DNA of 64,000 nucleotides from a virus: IMG/VR virus record IMGVR_UViG_3300045988_108496, positions 1 to 64,000 of that record; one strand, 5' to 3'. The translations under genes and the position numbers were made by a program. Below are positions 1 to 7,828 of the stretch, piece after piece. The notes below the pieces were generated by a model, which saw only the letters and a list, made by a program, of their open reading frames with translations, ran no database searches and was not told where the DNA came from. Positions within the stretch are counted from its first letter, which is position 1, and every line of letters starts with the position of its first letter.

Positions 1-1
1 C

Positions 2-244
2 TACACTAAGGAAGAGTACGACAACTTCTCTGAGGAGGAAAAGCGTCGCTGTGTCTGTCGTGCGAGCTTCTATGCGGCTGCGTACGGCGGTCTCGTCTAC
101 TCGTATGCTTCGTCGAATTCGAATACGGTTGGCGGTGTGCGTCTTGCCTTCTCAAACAGAGACTTGGCAGAGTATGCAGGTGTGCAGTTCATTGACATTT
201 GGGCTGATTTTGTCTTTAAATCTAACGATAATAACAAACAATAA
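2..244 (+). CDS. hypothetical protein (5' end outside window)
   Basis: Frame 2 is open from the window edge to TAA 242-244 (YTKEEYDNFSEEEKRR...FVFKSNDNNKQ*). Absent from the ORF track because no start lies in the window. Confidence 0.35.
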   Translation, partial: YTKEEYDNFSEEEKRRCVCRASFYAAAYGGLVYSYASSNSNTVGGVRLAFSNRDLAEYAGVQFIDIWADFVFKSNDNNKQ

Positions 245-254
245 TTCAACAGCA

Positions 255-752
255 ATGAACAGGGTGATTAAATTCAAAGGCAAGAGTGTTGATAGCAGTG
301 AGTGGATTAAAGGCTATTACTATAAGGAGTGTGATAATACCTACATCATTGAGGACAGACAGAAAGTTTCTATGCTTAATCGTAATGAAGCAGTATTGAT
401 TGACCCCGATACCGTCTGCCAGTTCACCGGCTTTCTCGACAAGAACGGCAAGGAGATATATGAGGGTGAGGTGTTGCGCTCGGAGAATTATCCGTATAGC
501 TGTATCGAAGACAACGAGCGCGACAACTACTATGCCGTAGTGTATTACTGCGAGGAGGGAGCTTTCTTTGGTATAGTGACGGCAGTGAATCCCGACTCTA
601 AAGTATGCGGTATTTCTGACGGCATTGGTGATGATGTCCAGAAAGAGAAAATGAAGAACTTTGAGGTTGTTGGCAATATCCACGAAGAGAAGTGGCAACA
701 ATACGGCAAATACTTTAAGACTGAAGAAGGAAAGGAGGCCGACAATGATTAA
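255..752 (+). CDS. YopX-like protein
   Basis: Internal ATG 255 of track ORF 51..752. MNRVIKFKGKS..EWIKGYY and DPDTVCQFTGFLDKNGKEIYEGEV resemble the YopX family core as I remember it. The upstream 68 codons overlap the previous gene end. Confidence 0.6.
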   Translation: MNRVIKFKGKSVDSSEWIKGYYYKECDNTYIIEDRQKVSMLNRNEAVLIDPDTVCQFTGFLDKNGKEIYEGEVLRSENYPYSCIEDNERDNYYAVVYYCEEGAFFGIVTAVNPDSKVCGISDGIGDDVQKEKMKNFEVVGNIHEEKWQQYGKYFKTEEGKEADND

Positions 753-1206
753 TGTAGAAGACCTTAGAATAGGCGACATTGTGCAGACAAACAAAGACTG
801 CATGTTTCCGAAAGACACCTTGTGCATCGTTACCGAAATCCATCCCGACCGACAGCGTAATGACAAGAAGGGAGTCGTCAGTCTGAAGGCTGTCAACGAC
901 GAAGACGACGGTCCCTGGGGGACATGGTGCTGCAACATCGATGGCGTGCCCATCACGCCCGAAATACTTAAAAAGAACGGTTTTAAAGAAAAGATCGTTG
1001 GCAAGTACTTTACAAGACCAATTAAAGCAAGAACAGGTAGCTCCCTTGCCAGATATTTGGCTGTAGAACGAAAAAAATACGCTTGGGCAATATTCATAAA
1101 GTATTACAACGTGAAAGGCTATGCACTCTTATGTCATATAAAGTACGTTCACGAACTACAGCTCGTCCTTAAAATAGCGGAATTTAGTCTGGAAATTAAA
1201 GTATAG
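745..1206 (+). CDS. hypothetical protein
   Basis: ATG 745 (MINVEDLRIGD...) overlaps the upstream stop by 8 nt and is preceded by AGGAGG. No motif recognised. Confidence 0.5.
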   Translation: MINVEDLRIGDIVQTNKDCMFPKDTLCIVTEIHPDRQRNDKKGVVSLKAVNDEDDGPWGTWCCNIDGVPITPEILKKNGFKEKIVGKYFTRPIKARTGSSLARYLAVERKKYAWAIFIKYYNVKGYALLCHIKYVHELQLVLKIAEFSLEIKV

Positions 1207-1210
1207 TCCT

Positions 1211-1765
1211 ATGAAAGCAAAAAACAAGGTATTGTTTGACAGATACAACCTTTACTTTAGAGGTGTTTGGAAGAAACCCCACAACTATCCCTCGCTGTTA
1301 GATATGGTAGAGCGTCGTATAGGATGGAGGGTTGACGTACTTCGTTGTTGTAATAACTGGGAAGATATTGTTTCTACTGACCGTAAAGTGCTTTCCAACT
1401 TTTGTAATCCGAAGGTGTTCCACTTTCCGAAAAAGTGTTGTGTGCCTCCTGAAGTTTTTGACCCTGGATGGTCGCTACCTAATAAATATCGTGTTGTTAG
1501 GAAGAAAAACAATCGGTATAAGATCGTCTTGAACAAATACAAACCTTTTCCCACCGGAGGTAGAACCTTGGTGGTAGATTATAAGAGAGGTTATATCCGT
1601 GAGGTTGGCGATAAGGTGTGGTATCATCCCGATTGGATGGATCTCGGTTGTGATACCTGCGCCGATTTAGGAACTTGCCTTAATGGTCGCCACGACAAGA
1701 GTTTTTGTGCGTTTGCGGCAAAGTGTGGAATCGGTCACGGTAACACATGGCAGGAAGTAAGATGA
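1211..1765 (+). CDS. hypothetical Cys-rich protein
   Basis: 184-aa track ORF starting 5 nt after the upstream stop. Many Cys residues (CC, CDTC, C..C). No family recognised. Confidence 0.5.
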   Translation: MKAKNKVLFDRYNLYFRGVWKKPHNYPSLLDMVERRIGWRVDVLRCCNNWEDIVSTDRKVLSNFCNPKVFHFPKKCCVPPEVFDPGWSLPNKYRVVRKKNNRYKIVLNKYKPFPTGGRTLVVDYKRGYIREVGDKVWYHPDWMDLGCDTCADLGTCLNGRHDKSFCAFAAKCGIGHGNTWQEVR

Positions 1766-1899
1766 TCAAATGCCAACACCCATGAGTTTTAACAGTACCG
1801 ACCGCGCAAGCGAATAGCCAATGCCGTGACTGCATCGCCACCAGGCGGCTTTGCCGACCCTCGTGACGGACTGGGCAACACCACGCCACATATAGTATA

Positions 1900-1907
1900 T
1901 AAATTTG
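1900..1907 (+). promoter_or_regulatory. TAnnTTTG -7 box (TAAATTTG)
   Basis: Exact match to the Bacteroidota -7 consensus, 9 nt before ATG 1916. No -33 TTTG seen. Confidence 0.35.
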
Positions 1908-1915
1908 AATAAGAC

Positions 1916-2083
1916 ATGAAGCTCAGAATTATTCCAATGGAGGTCTACGACGGTTGCATACCCGTGACCGTCTGGATGGTTCAGAAAAGAGTCGGAGGCT
2001 GCATCTTCGGCAAATGGGTCAACATCAAAGGATTTACCGACAAGCGAAGGGCTGCGGCATTAATGAGCATGTTGTATAATTAA
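1916..2083 (+). CDS. small hypothetical protein (55 aa)
   Basis: ATG 1916 to TAA 2081-2083 (MKLRIIPMEVYDGCIPVTVWMVQKR...), below the track threshold. A TAAATTTG box sits 9 nt upstream. Confidence 0.3.
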   Translation: MKLRIIPMEVYDGCIPVTVWMVQKRVGGCIFGKWVNIKGFTDKRRAAALMSMLYN

Positions 2084-2109
2084 ACAGAACCCCATAAAAC
2101 ATAGAGACT

Positions 2110-2658
2110 ATGGAAAAAGAAACAAACAACCGCATGGAGGCATTGGCCTACATCATCGCCGACTTGAAGGCAGAGAACATGATGATGACAGAACGCGTGC
2201 ATCAGCTCGTGGACGACCACAACAATGTGGCGCGTCTGTTGCGCGGAAAAGAGAAACACGAGCCTAATACAGAAGGCTACACTTTTAGTGAACTGACAGA
2301 AGCCTTGGAAAAATGCGAGGCATTAGAAAAGGAAAAAAAGGAGCTGAAGCAGCAATGCGCCCATCTCCAGATGGAGCGCAACGAAGCAAAGAGCCGTGCT
2401 GATGACTGCGAGCACCAAAGGAAAGAACTTTTTAAGCAAATAGCACGTTTTGACAAGTTGGAGTTTAAGGAGATAGGAACATCTTGCACCAGCAAACCTC
2501 TTGCGCCGGAAGACAATCTGGTGAAGGTTGGTTCTACTGAATGTTGCACCTGCCGACACTTCCTCAAGATGGATAAGTATTTTTGTGTGCTGTGTACGTG
2601 CCACTACGACGGCATGAAAGCCATGGAAGATATAGAACGCAAGAACGCCGATGATTGA
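2110..2658 (+). CDS. hypothetical coiled-coil protein with Cys-rich C-terminus
   Basis: 182-aa track ORF with a charged heptad-like middle (EKEKKELKQQCAHLQMERNEAK) and a C-terminal CCTCRH...CVLCTCH cluster. Confidence 0.5.
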   Translation: MEKETNNRMEALAYIIADLKAENMMMTERVHQLVDDHNNVARLLRGKEKHEPNTEGYTFSELTEALEKCEALEKEKKELKQQCAHLQMERNEAKSRADDCEHQRKELFKQIARFDKLEFKEIGTSCTSKPLAPEDNLVKVGSTECCTCRHFLKMDKYFCVLCTCHYDGMKAMEDIERKNADD

Positions 2659-2725
2659 CACCGCACGATGTGAGCATGTCCGCACCGCCAAAATATTTCT
2701 CCCTACATTTGTAGTCGGGGAAAGC

Positions 2726-2763
2726 AATGTGTTAGCACATTTAATGAAAAGTGTTAGCACATT
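2726..2763. promoter_or_regulatory. two operator-like palindromes, 22 bp centre to centre
   Basis: AATGTG-TTAG-CACATT (2726-2741) and AAAGTG-TTAG-CACATT (2748-2763). 16 nt upstream of GTG 2779. Confidence 0.4.
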
Positions 2764-2778
2764 GCAAAAAGCCTCTTT

Positions 2779-3039
2779 GTGGAATTGGGTAAAAACATAG
2801 AGGATAGTATTGGCGAGGACGTTGACGTGAACCGCGAGTTTACCGCTGCCGACCTCACCACCAAGGACCTCACCGCAGGCGTAGCCATCGACTTCTCAAA
2901 GAAGTTCAACGCTGCCTTCGCACAGCACGGCTCGTTCAAGCGTGTGTGCGCTGCTGCAACGGATGCTCCGTCGGCACCAGGCACAGGTGGCAATAATTCG
3001 GGTGGCGGTCAGAAGCCACCTTCGGAGATTGAGCCGTAA
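2779..3039 (+). CDS. hypothetical protein (GTG start); 3' end duplicated at 23.7 kb
   Basis: 86-aa track ORF with a GTG start and coding-like composition. Ends ...GGGQKPPSEIEP*. Preceded by two palindromic boxes and followed by a 10-bp-stem hairpin. Confidence 0.35.
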   Translation: MELGKNIEDSIGEDVDVNREFTAADLTTKDLTAGVAIDFSKKFNAAFAQHGSFKRVCAAATDAPSAPGTGGNNSGGGQKPPSEIEP

Positions 3040-3062
3040 CATCGGCGAGTGTATCGCCATTT

Positions 3063-3099
3063 CAGTTCTTTCTAGTTTTGCAAGACTTGGAAAGAACTG
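3063..3099 (+). terminator. hairpin after ORF 2779..3039
   Basis: CAGTTCTTTC (3063-3072) pairs with GAAAGAACTG (3090-3099). No clear T-run. Confidence 0.4.
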
Positions 3100-3151
3100 G
3101 AATACCTACTGACAGTCGTCTGACTAAACAAAATTGCGTAACATTTCAACT

Positions 3152-3505
3152 ATGATACAACATCAGCATTGGGAAGACTCCACTCGCATACTCATTACCG
3201 ACGAGCAGCATCATGGCAGCATACAGGCGTTTATCCCAAACCGCACCGAAGACAAGCCTTTGGATGGCGAGGCAGACGCTCTCATCTATTCGCTGTGGGT
3301 GGGAGAAGCGTACCGTGGTCGCGAGGTGGCAAAGCACTTGATGGAGGCAGCCGAAAGTGAACTGAAGCGCTGCGGCATATCGACCGTCGCAATATCGTGG
3401 GACGGACGCGACTCTCCCCAGTGGGTGTTACATTGGTATGAAAGATTAGGCTACGAGGGAAAAGCGTTCGACTATCGCTGCTGTACGCTTCTCAAACGGC
3501 TGTAG
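3152..3505 (+). CDS. GNAT-family N-acetyltransferase
   Basis: ATG 3152 inside track ORF 3134..3505. LWVGEAYRGREVAKHLMEAAE (acetyl-CoA motif A-like) and WYERLGYE C-terminal motif. Confidence 0.65.
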   Translation: MIQHQHWEDSTRILITDEQHHGSIQAFIPNRTEDKPLDGEADALIYSLWVGEAYRGREVAKHLMEAAESELKRCGISTVAISWDGRDSPQWVLHWYERLGYEGKAFDYRCCTLLKRL

Positions 3506-3813
3506 CTTTATCTTATATCGGATTATCGGATTGAACGGATGCTCCCTATTCTCTTCATTCGATTCATTGGATGACATGAAACATCAAATGACACGAATTT
3601 CACGAACAAACAGGAATCCGTAAAAATCCGCGAAATCCGATGTAAAACACTAACTCATCCCGAAGGCCAAGGGATCGTACTCAGTGTGTCGCATGTAACC
3701 ACTCCGTAAAACGTAATTAACGGGCTCTGATGCAGACGAGCGAGACGAAGGAAAACGCTATAACCACTGCATATCTTATTTTAATTAACGGATTTATAGA
3801 CAAAGAAACAATT

Positions 3814-4677
3814 ATGAGAAAATTATTTTCAATTCTTTTTGCGCTTGTCGCAGTAGTGATGTTATCCTCGTGTCGTTTTGTGTCGCCCGATGCCGACGAG
3901 GAAACCGTGTTGGTAAAGAAACCATGGATATTCGGACATGGTGGGGTTGACGACACTCCAGTTCAGAGTGGTCTGACATGGTGTGCACTGAGTACTCGTG
4001 CCGAGACATTCAAGATTGTTCCGGTACGCCACGAGGTGCTTCTTGACGACATCTTCTCCGACGACAACACTCCGCTCGACTTCCATTCTGTCATAGTCAC
4101 GCAGGTGGAGCAGGGTCGTTCTCCTATACTGTTGCAGAACTATGGACGTGATTGGTTTAATACTAATCTATACAACTATTTCTGCAATCTTGTCAGAGAC
4201 CATATCTCACAGTATAGTCCATTCGATTTGATGTCTAACCGTCAGGTATTGAGCACTATCGACAAGAAGATTTTGAAGCAGATGCAGGATTACGTTGCAG
4301 TCCTCTCCAAGCACAAGCCGATGCCCGTTATCATCAAGGATGTTATTATCGGTAAGGCAACACCCAACAAGGAACAGCTTGCCGAAATGAACCGCACGGC
4401 TAAAATGGTACAGGCCAAGCAGACGCAGGAACGTGAATACGAGGTTCAGGTGGCTCGCGAGAAGGCTGAGCGTCAAAAGGCTGTGGCAGATAAGGCGTAT
4501 ATGAGCGAGATGAATCTTAACCCACAGCAGTTTATTCAGCTTAAATGGGTGGAGACGGTGGCTCAGAAGCAGGGCGCAAACATAGATGTGCTCGTAGGTC
4601 CAGCTGAGCACATGTGGACATCAAACGATAAACAATTAAAACAACAACGATTATGGTATCAATTATTTCAGCGTTAA
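3814..4677 (+). CDS. SPFH/band-7 domain lipoprotein
   Basis: ATG 3814 (MRKLFSILFALVAVVMLSSC, signal peptide plus lipobox). The body follows the SPFH pattern, followed by an Ala/Glu/Lys-rich helix (QAKQTQEREYEVQVAREKAERQKAVADKA). Confidence 0.6.
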   Translation: MRKLFSILFALVAVVMLSSCRFVSPDADEETVLVKKPWIFGHGGVDDTPVQSGLTWCALSTRAETFKIVPVRHEVLLDDIFSDDNTPLDFHSVIVTQVEQGRSPILLQNYGRDWFNTNLYNYFCNLVRDHISQYSPFDLMSNRQVLSTIDKKILKQMQDYVAVLSKHKPMPVIIKDVIIGKATPNKEQLAEMNRTAKMVQAKQTQEREYEVQVAREKAERQKAVADKAYMSEMNLNPQQFIQLKWVETVAQKQGANIDVLVGPAEHMWTSNDKQLKQQRLWYQLFQR

Positions 4678-5033
4678 TAATCCTCTTGGTTATCTTCGTG
4701 CTTTCCTTAATCTCCTCTTGGCTCGACAAGTTCGGACGGAAGCACAAGGAGAAGTTAATAGAGAAAGCTATCGACAAGGTTTCCTCGCTTCTTAACTCCA
4801 AGATTGCATTGGTGATGGATCAGTACAAGACTGGTCCGTGGTATCTTATGGTATATACCAAACAAGCCAACCACCCGATATTGATTTCCAACAACAATAT
4901 CCGCAGTGTACACCCAGACGCTCTGCATCGCAAGATTATCATCAAGCAGTTCAATGGCGAGGATATGGTTATTGAGAACGTGGAGAACTATGAGTTGTGC
5001 TCGGCAAACGAAATGTGCGACTACGACATGTAG
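4653..5033 (+). CDS. small membrane protein (possible SPFH partner)
   Basis: 126 aa. N-terminal TM helix MVSIISALIILLVIFVLSLISSW. Overlaps the SPFH gene end by 25 nt. Confidence 0.5.
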   Translation: MVSIISALIILLVIFVLSLISSWLDKFGRKHKEKLIEKAIDKVSSLLNSKIALVMDQYKTGPWYLMVYTKQANHPILISNNNIRSVHPDALHRKIIIKQFNGEDMVIENVENYELCSANEMCDYDM

Positions 5034-5095
5034 GCGGACACGACTAACGTCATACTTTGACTGGATGTTTCATTCTTAATTTTAACTTAGGCATG

Positions 5096-5128
5096 GTCCT
5101 GTTGTCCGTGAGGAAAGCAGGGCTTTTT
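5096..5128 (+). terminator. rho-independent terminator with GTGA-capped apex
   Basis: GTCCTG...TCC-GTGA-GGA...CAGGGC followed by TTTTTGTTT. Confidence 0.55.
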
Positions 5129-5176
5129 GTTTATTCCCTCCTCTAACCATGTCCGCTCCTTCTCCCCGTCTTTCCT

Positions 5177-5184
5177 TATATTTG
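5177..5184 (+). promoter_or_regulatory. TAnnTTTG -7 box (TATATTTG) upstream of the portal-like gene
   Basis: Exact consensus match 35 nt before ATG 5220, just after the terminator at 5096-5128. Confidence 0.45.
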
Positions 5185-5219
5185 CGCTATAACATTTAAC
5201 AACACACACATTCATCACA

Positions 5220-6977
5220 ATGACAACAGTTAGCAATATCAGCGAGCTCCAACAGCGTAGTGAGGAGCTCCAGTCGCAAGGCTACGAGGCCGTTCTGCCT
5301 GGCGCGTTCTGTGCGCCTAAGCAGGGAGGCAACGTGTTTTCGTGGGGCGAGTACGTTCACCAGAAACTCACGGCTTCGGCCACCATGACCGGAGCGGAAG
5401 GCAATGCGGCAAGACGGGAGATCTCCGCCGTGTTCGGTTCGTCGGGCGGCGAGAACAAAGCCAAGCCCGAAGGTGTGGGTACGCCTGGACTGGGATTTAT
5501 GGAGTGGGGCGTGGGCAACCGACTGCCCAACCTCGTGTATCTGCTTTCCAAAATGTCGCCCTTTCCGGCAGCGGGAGTGGATTTCGTGAAGAAGATTCTC
5601 GTTGGTCGCGGACCATGCGCCAAGTATCACTATACGCAGTACGTTGGTGGCAACATCACCGAGAAGTTTATCTCCTTCCCCTCGGCTGGCACCCTGCTCC
5701 GCGGACAGATAGCCGACCTCAAGGCTAAGGAAGACCAACTCTCACAATCGGATAACCAACTCTCACAATCGGATAACCAATTCTTAAAATCGGATAACCA
5801 ATTCTTAAAATCGGAGACCAATTCTGAGAGTGAAGACAGCGAAGAGATGAAGTCGCTCAAGGCAGCACTGGCAGAATGGGAACGCACCAATGAGGAGCTG
5901 CAAGAGTTTATCGAGAACAACGACCTCATGCGCACCTATCTTGAGATGGCAGGCGATATGTCGCTCATGTCGCAATGCTTCTGCGAGCTACAGCTCAACC
6001 AACGTCAGTTGGACGAGAACGGCCGACCCGTGCCCACATCACAGTGGAACCCGAAGATTGTCGGTATAAAACCTCGCTCGGTGTTCACCACCCGACTGGA
6101 GCGCATGGATAGTCAGTATCGCATCAACTATGCCTACCTCTCTAACCAGTGGCTCGACTCCACTCAGACGCTCACCGAAGCCGACCGTCGCATTGCTGCC
6201 GTGCCTTATCTCGCAGCCGACACAGCCGTCTCAGACCTCAAACGCCATGTGCGTGAGGCACGTCAGCAGCGTGTGAGCCGCAAGAACCGCCCCACACGCT
6301 TCATCATGTCTCCACGCGACTTCGGTGGTCCCTACTATGCCGATGCCCTTTGGCACAGCATCTTTGCCGGAAGCATCTTTGAGTATGCCTTCACCATTGT
6401 TGACGATCGTCTCACTCGTAAGCGCAACAGCAATATTATCGGTCGCGTGATTTACATCCATCAGGAATACCTCAAGCAGCTCTACACCCAACAGGGCGAG
6501 AACAAGAGCAAGACGATGGCACAGATACAGCAGGAGGTGTTCACAGACATCAATCGCTGGCTGTCTAATCCCGACAACGCAGGTCAGGCTCTTATCTCTG
6601 CCGTGTTCACTGGCTTGGACGGCAAGGAGCACAAGGCTTGGGAGATTGTGGAGATTGAGAGCAAAGCCAACTCGCAAGCGCAAGCCGAGAAAACCGAGCT
6701 TCAGGAAATATCATCCATCATCTTCTTTGCCATGGGTTTGGACTCGAAGCTCATCGGCAACACCCCAGGCGACGCTACATCATCGGGTGGCACCGACCTC
6801 CGCGAGCGTTTCCTCGTAAAGCAAATCCAGTTTGCCCCATTGCAGCAGCTCATGCTCCGTCCGTTGGAGGTGATAAGCAAATTCAATGGTTGGGACCCGC
6901 ACCTGGTGTGGCAGATTGACCGCGAAGTGCTCACCACACTGGATAACTCGAAAACTGGGGTGACGATGCAGGAATAG
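5220..6977 (+). CDS. portal-like protein
   Basis: 585 aa. The size and C-terminal segment (SSGGTDLRERFLVKQIQFAPLQQLMLRPLEVISKFNGW) resemble portal proteins by memory. Contains a 4 x 21-bp in-frame repeat. Not verified by search. Confidence 0.55.
   Translation: MTTVSNISELQQRSEELQSQGYEAVLPGAFCAPKQGGNVFSWGEYVHQKLTASATMTGAEGNAARREISAVFGSSGGENKAKPEGVGTPGLGFMEWGVGNRLPNLVYLLSKMSPFPAAGVDFVKKILVGRGPCAKYHYTQYVGGNITEKFISFPSAGTLLRGQIADLKAKEDQLSQSDNQLSQSDNQFLKSDNQFLKSETNSESEDSEEMKSLKAALAEWERTNEELQEFIENNDLMRTYLEMAGDMSLMSQCFCELQLNQRQLDENGRPVPTSQWNPKIVGIKPRSVFTTRLERMDSQYRINYAYLSNQWLDSTQTLTEADRRIAAVPYLAADTAVSDLKRHVREARQQRVSRKNRPTRFIMSPRDFGGPYYADALWHSIFAGSIFEYAFTIVDDRLTRKRNSNIIGRVIYIHQEYLKQLYTQQGENKSKTMAQIQQEVFTDINRWLSNPDNAGQALISAVFTGLDGKEHKAWEIVEIESKANSQAQAEKTELQEISSIIFFAMGLDSKLIGNTPGDATSSGGTDLRERFLVKQIQFAPLQQLMLRPLEVISKFNGWDPHLVWQIDREVLTTLDNSKTGVTMQE
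5735..5818 (+). repeat. 4 x 21-bp in-frame tandem repeat inside the portal-like gene
   Basis: CCAACTCTCACAATCGGATAA x2, then CCAATTCTTAAAATCGGATAA and CCAATTCTTAAAATCGGAGAC. Encodes QLSQSDN QLSQSDN QFLKSDN QFLKSET. Confidence 0.9.
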
Positions 6978-6999
6978 TAACGAACAAATGATATAGAGA

Positions 7000-7776
7000 A
7001 TGATAGAACTGAATAAGATATATAATGAAGACTGCCTGGAAGGAATGAAAAGGATTCCGGACGGGAGCGTGGATTGCATCGTGTGCGATTTGCCGTATGG
7101 TACGACTGCTTGTGCTTGGGATAGCGTGCTTCCGTTTGATGAGTTGTGGAAGCAATATCATCGTGTTCTCAAAATGGGGGGGGTAGTTCTTTTGTTTGGT
7201 AGTGAACCATTCAGTACTTCCATCCGCACAAGCAATATGAAAGAATGGCGATATGATTGGATATGGAAAAAGAATACTTCAGCAGGATTCGTTCATGCTA
7301 AAAACAGACCTCTGAAGAATTACGAGATAATATCTGCATTTTGCCGTTTCGGAATGGGCCATAAGAGTACAATGGGAGAGAAGCGTATGCCATACAATCC
7401 ACAAGATTTGCGGCCATGCCACAAGGTTAGTCATAGTGCACTAAACAAATTCGGTGGGGTTGTAGGCAAAAGACCTTCTCTGAAAGAGACAGTCGTAACG
7501 GAATGGGAGAACTATCCTACATCTATTCTTGAGTTCAACGTGGAGCCTGACTCTTTCCACCCCACTCAAAAGCCCGTCGCTCTTATCCAGTATCTCATTC
7601 GCACCTATTCCAACGAGGGCGACACCATATTAGACAACTGTATGGGCAGCGGCACCACCGCCATTGCAGCCATCCGCGAGAAGCGCAACTTCATCGGCTT
7701 TGAGCTCAACAAGGAGTATTACGACAAGGCTTGCAAGCGCATCAAGCTGGAGCAAGCGCAACTCACGCTGTTTTAA
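7000..7776 (+). CDS. DNA methyltransferase (beta-class N6A/N4C type)
   Basis: Motif IV-like VCDLPYGT near the N-terminus. FHPTQKPVALIQYLI and DNCMGSGTTAIAA (SAM motif I) near the C-terminus. Carries a G8 tract at 7176-7183. Confidence 0.85.
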   Translation: MIELNKIYNEDCLEGMKRIPDGSVDCIVCDLPYGTTACAWDSVLPFDELWKQYHRVLKMGGVVLLFGSEPFSTSIRTSNMKEWRYDWIWKKNTSAGFVHAKNRPLKNYEIISAFCRFGMGHKSTMGEKRMPYNPQDLRPCHKVSHSALNKFGGVVGKRPSLKETVVTEWENYPTSILEFNVEPDSFHPTQKPVALIQYLIRTYSNEGDTILDNCMGSGTTAIAAIREKRNFIGFELNKEYYDKACKRIKLEQAQLTLF

Positions 7777-7828
7777 TGAACGCTCTGATGCTAAATATAA
7801 TAAAAAGATTTATAGAACAATTAGCAAT

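Noticed and set aside
246-1097. 283-aa minus-strand ORF
   Set aside because: It overlaps two tightly coupled plus-strand genes (YopX-like and 745..1206). No motif was seen, and its hydrophobic low-complexity product is typical of antisense frames.
5196-5738. 180-aa minus-strand ORF and several plus-frame ORFs (5342..5728, 5404..5589)
   Set aside because: All overlap the 5' part of the 585-aa portal-like ORF. They have Arg/Gly-rich artefact composition from a GC-rich coding region.
7664-7828. N-terminal extension of ORF 7664..8482 overlapping the methyltransferase gene
   Set aside because: The extension lies in an alternative frame of a well-supported gene. The ATG at 7829 follows the methyltransferase stop.
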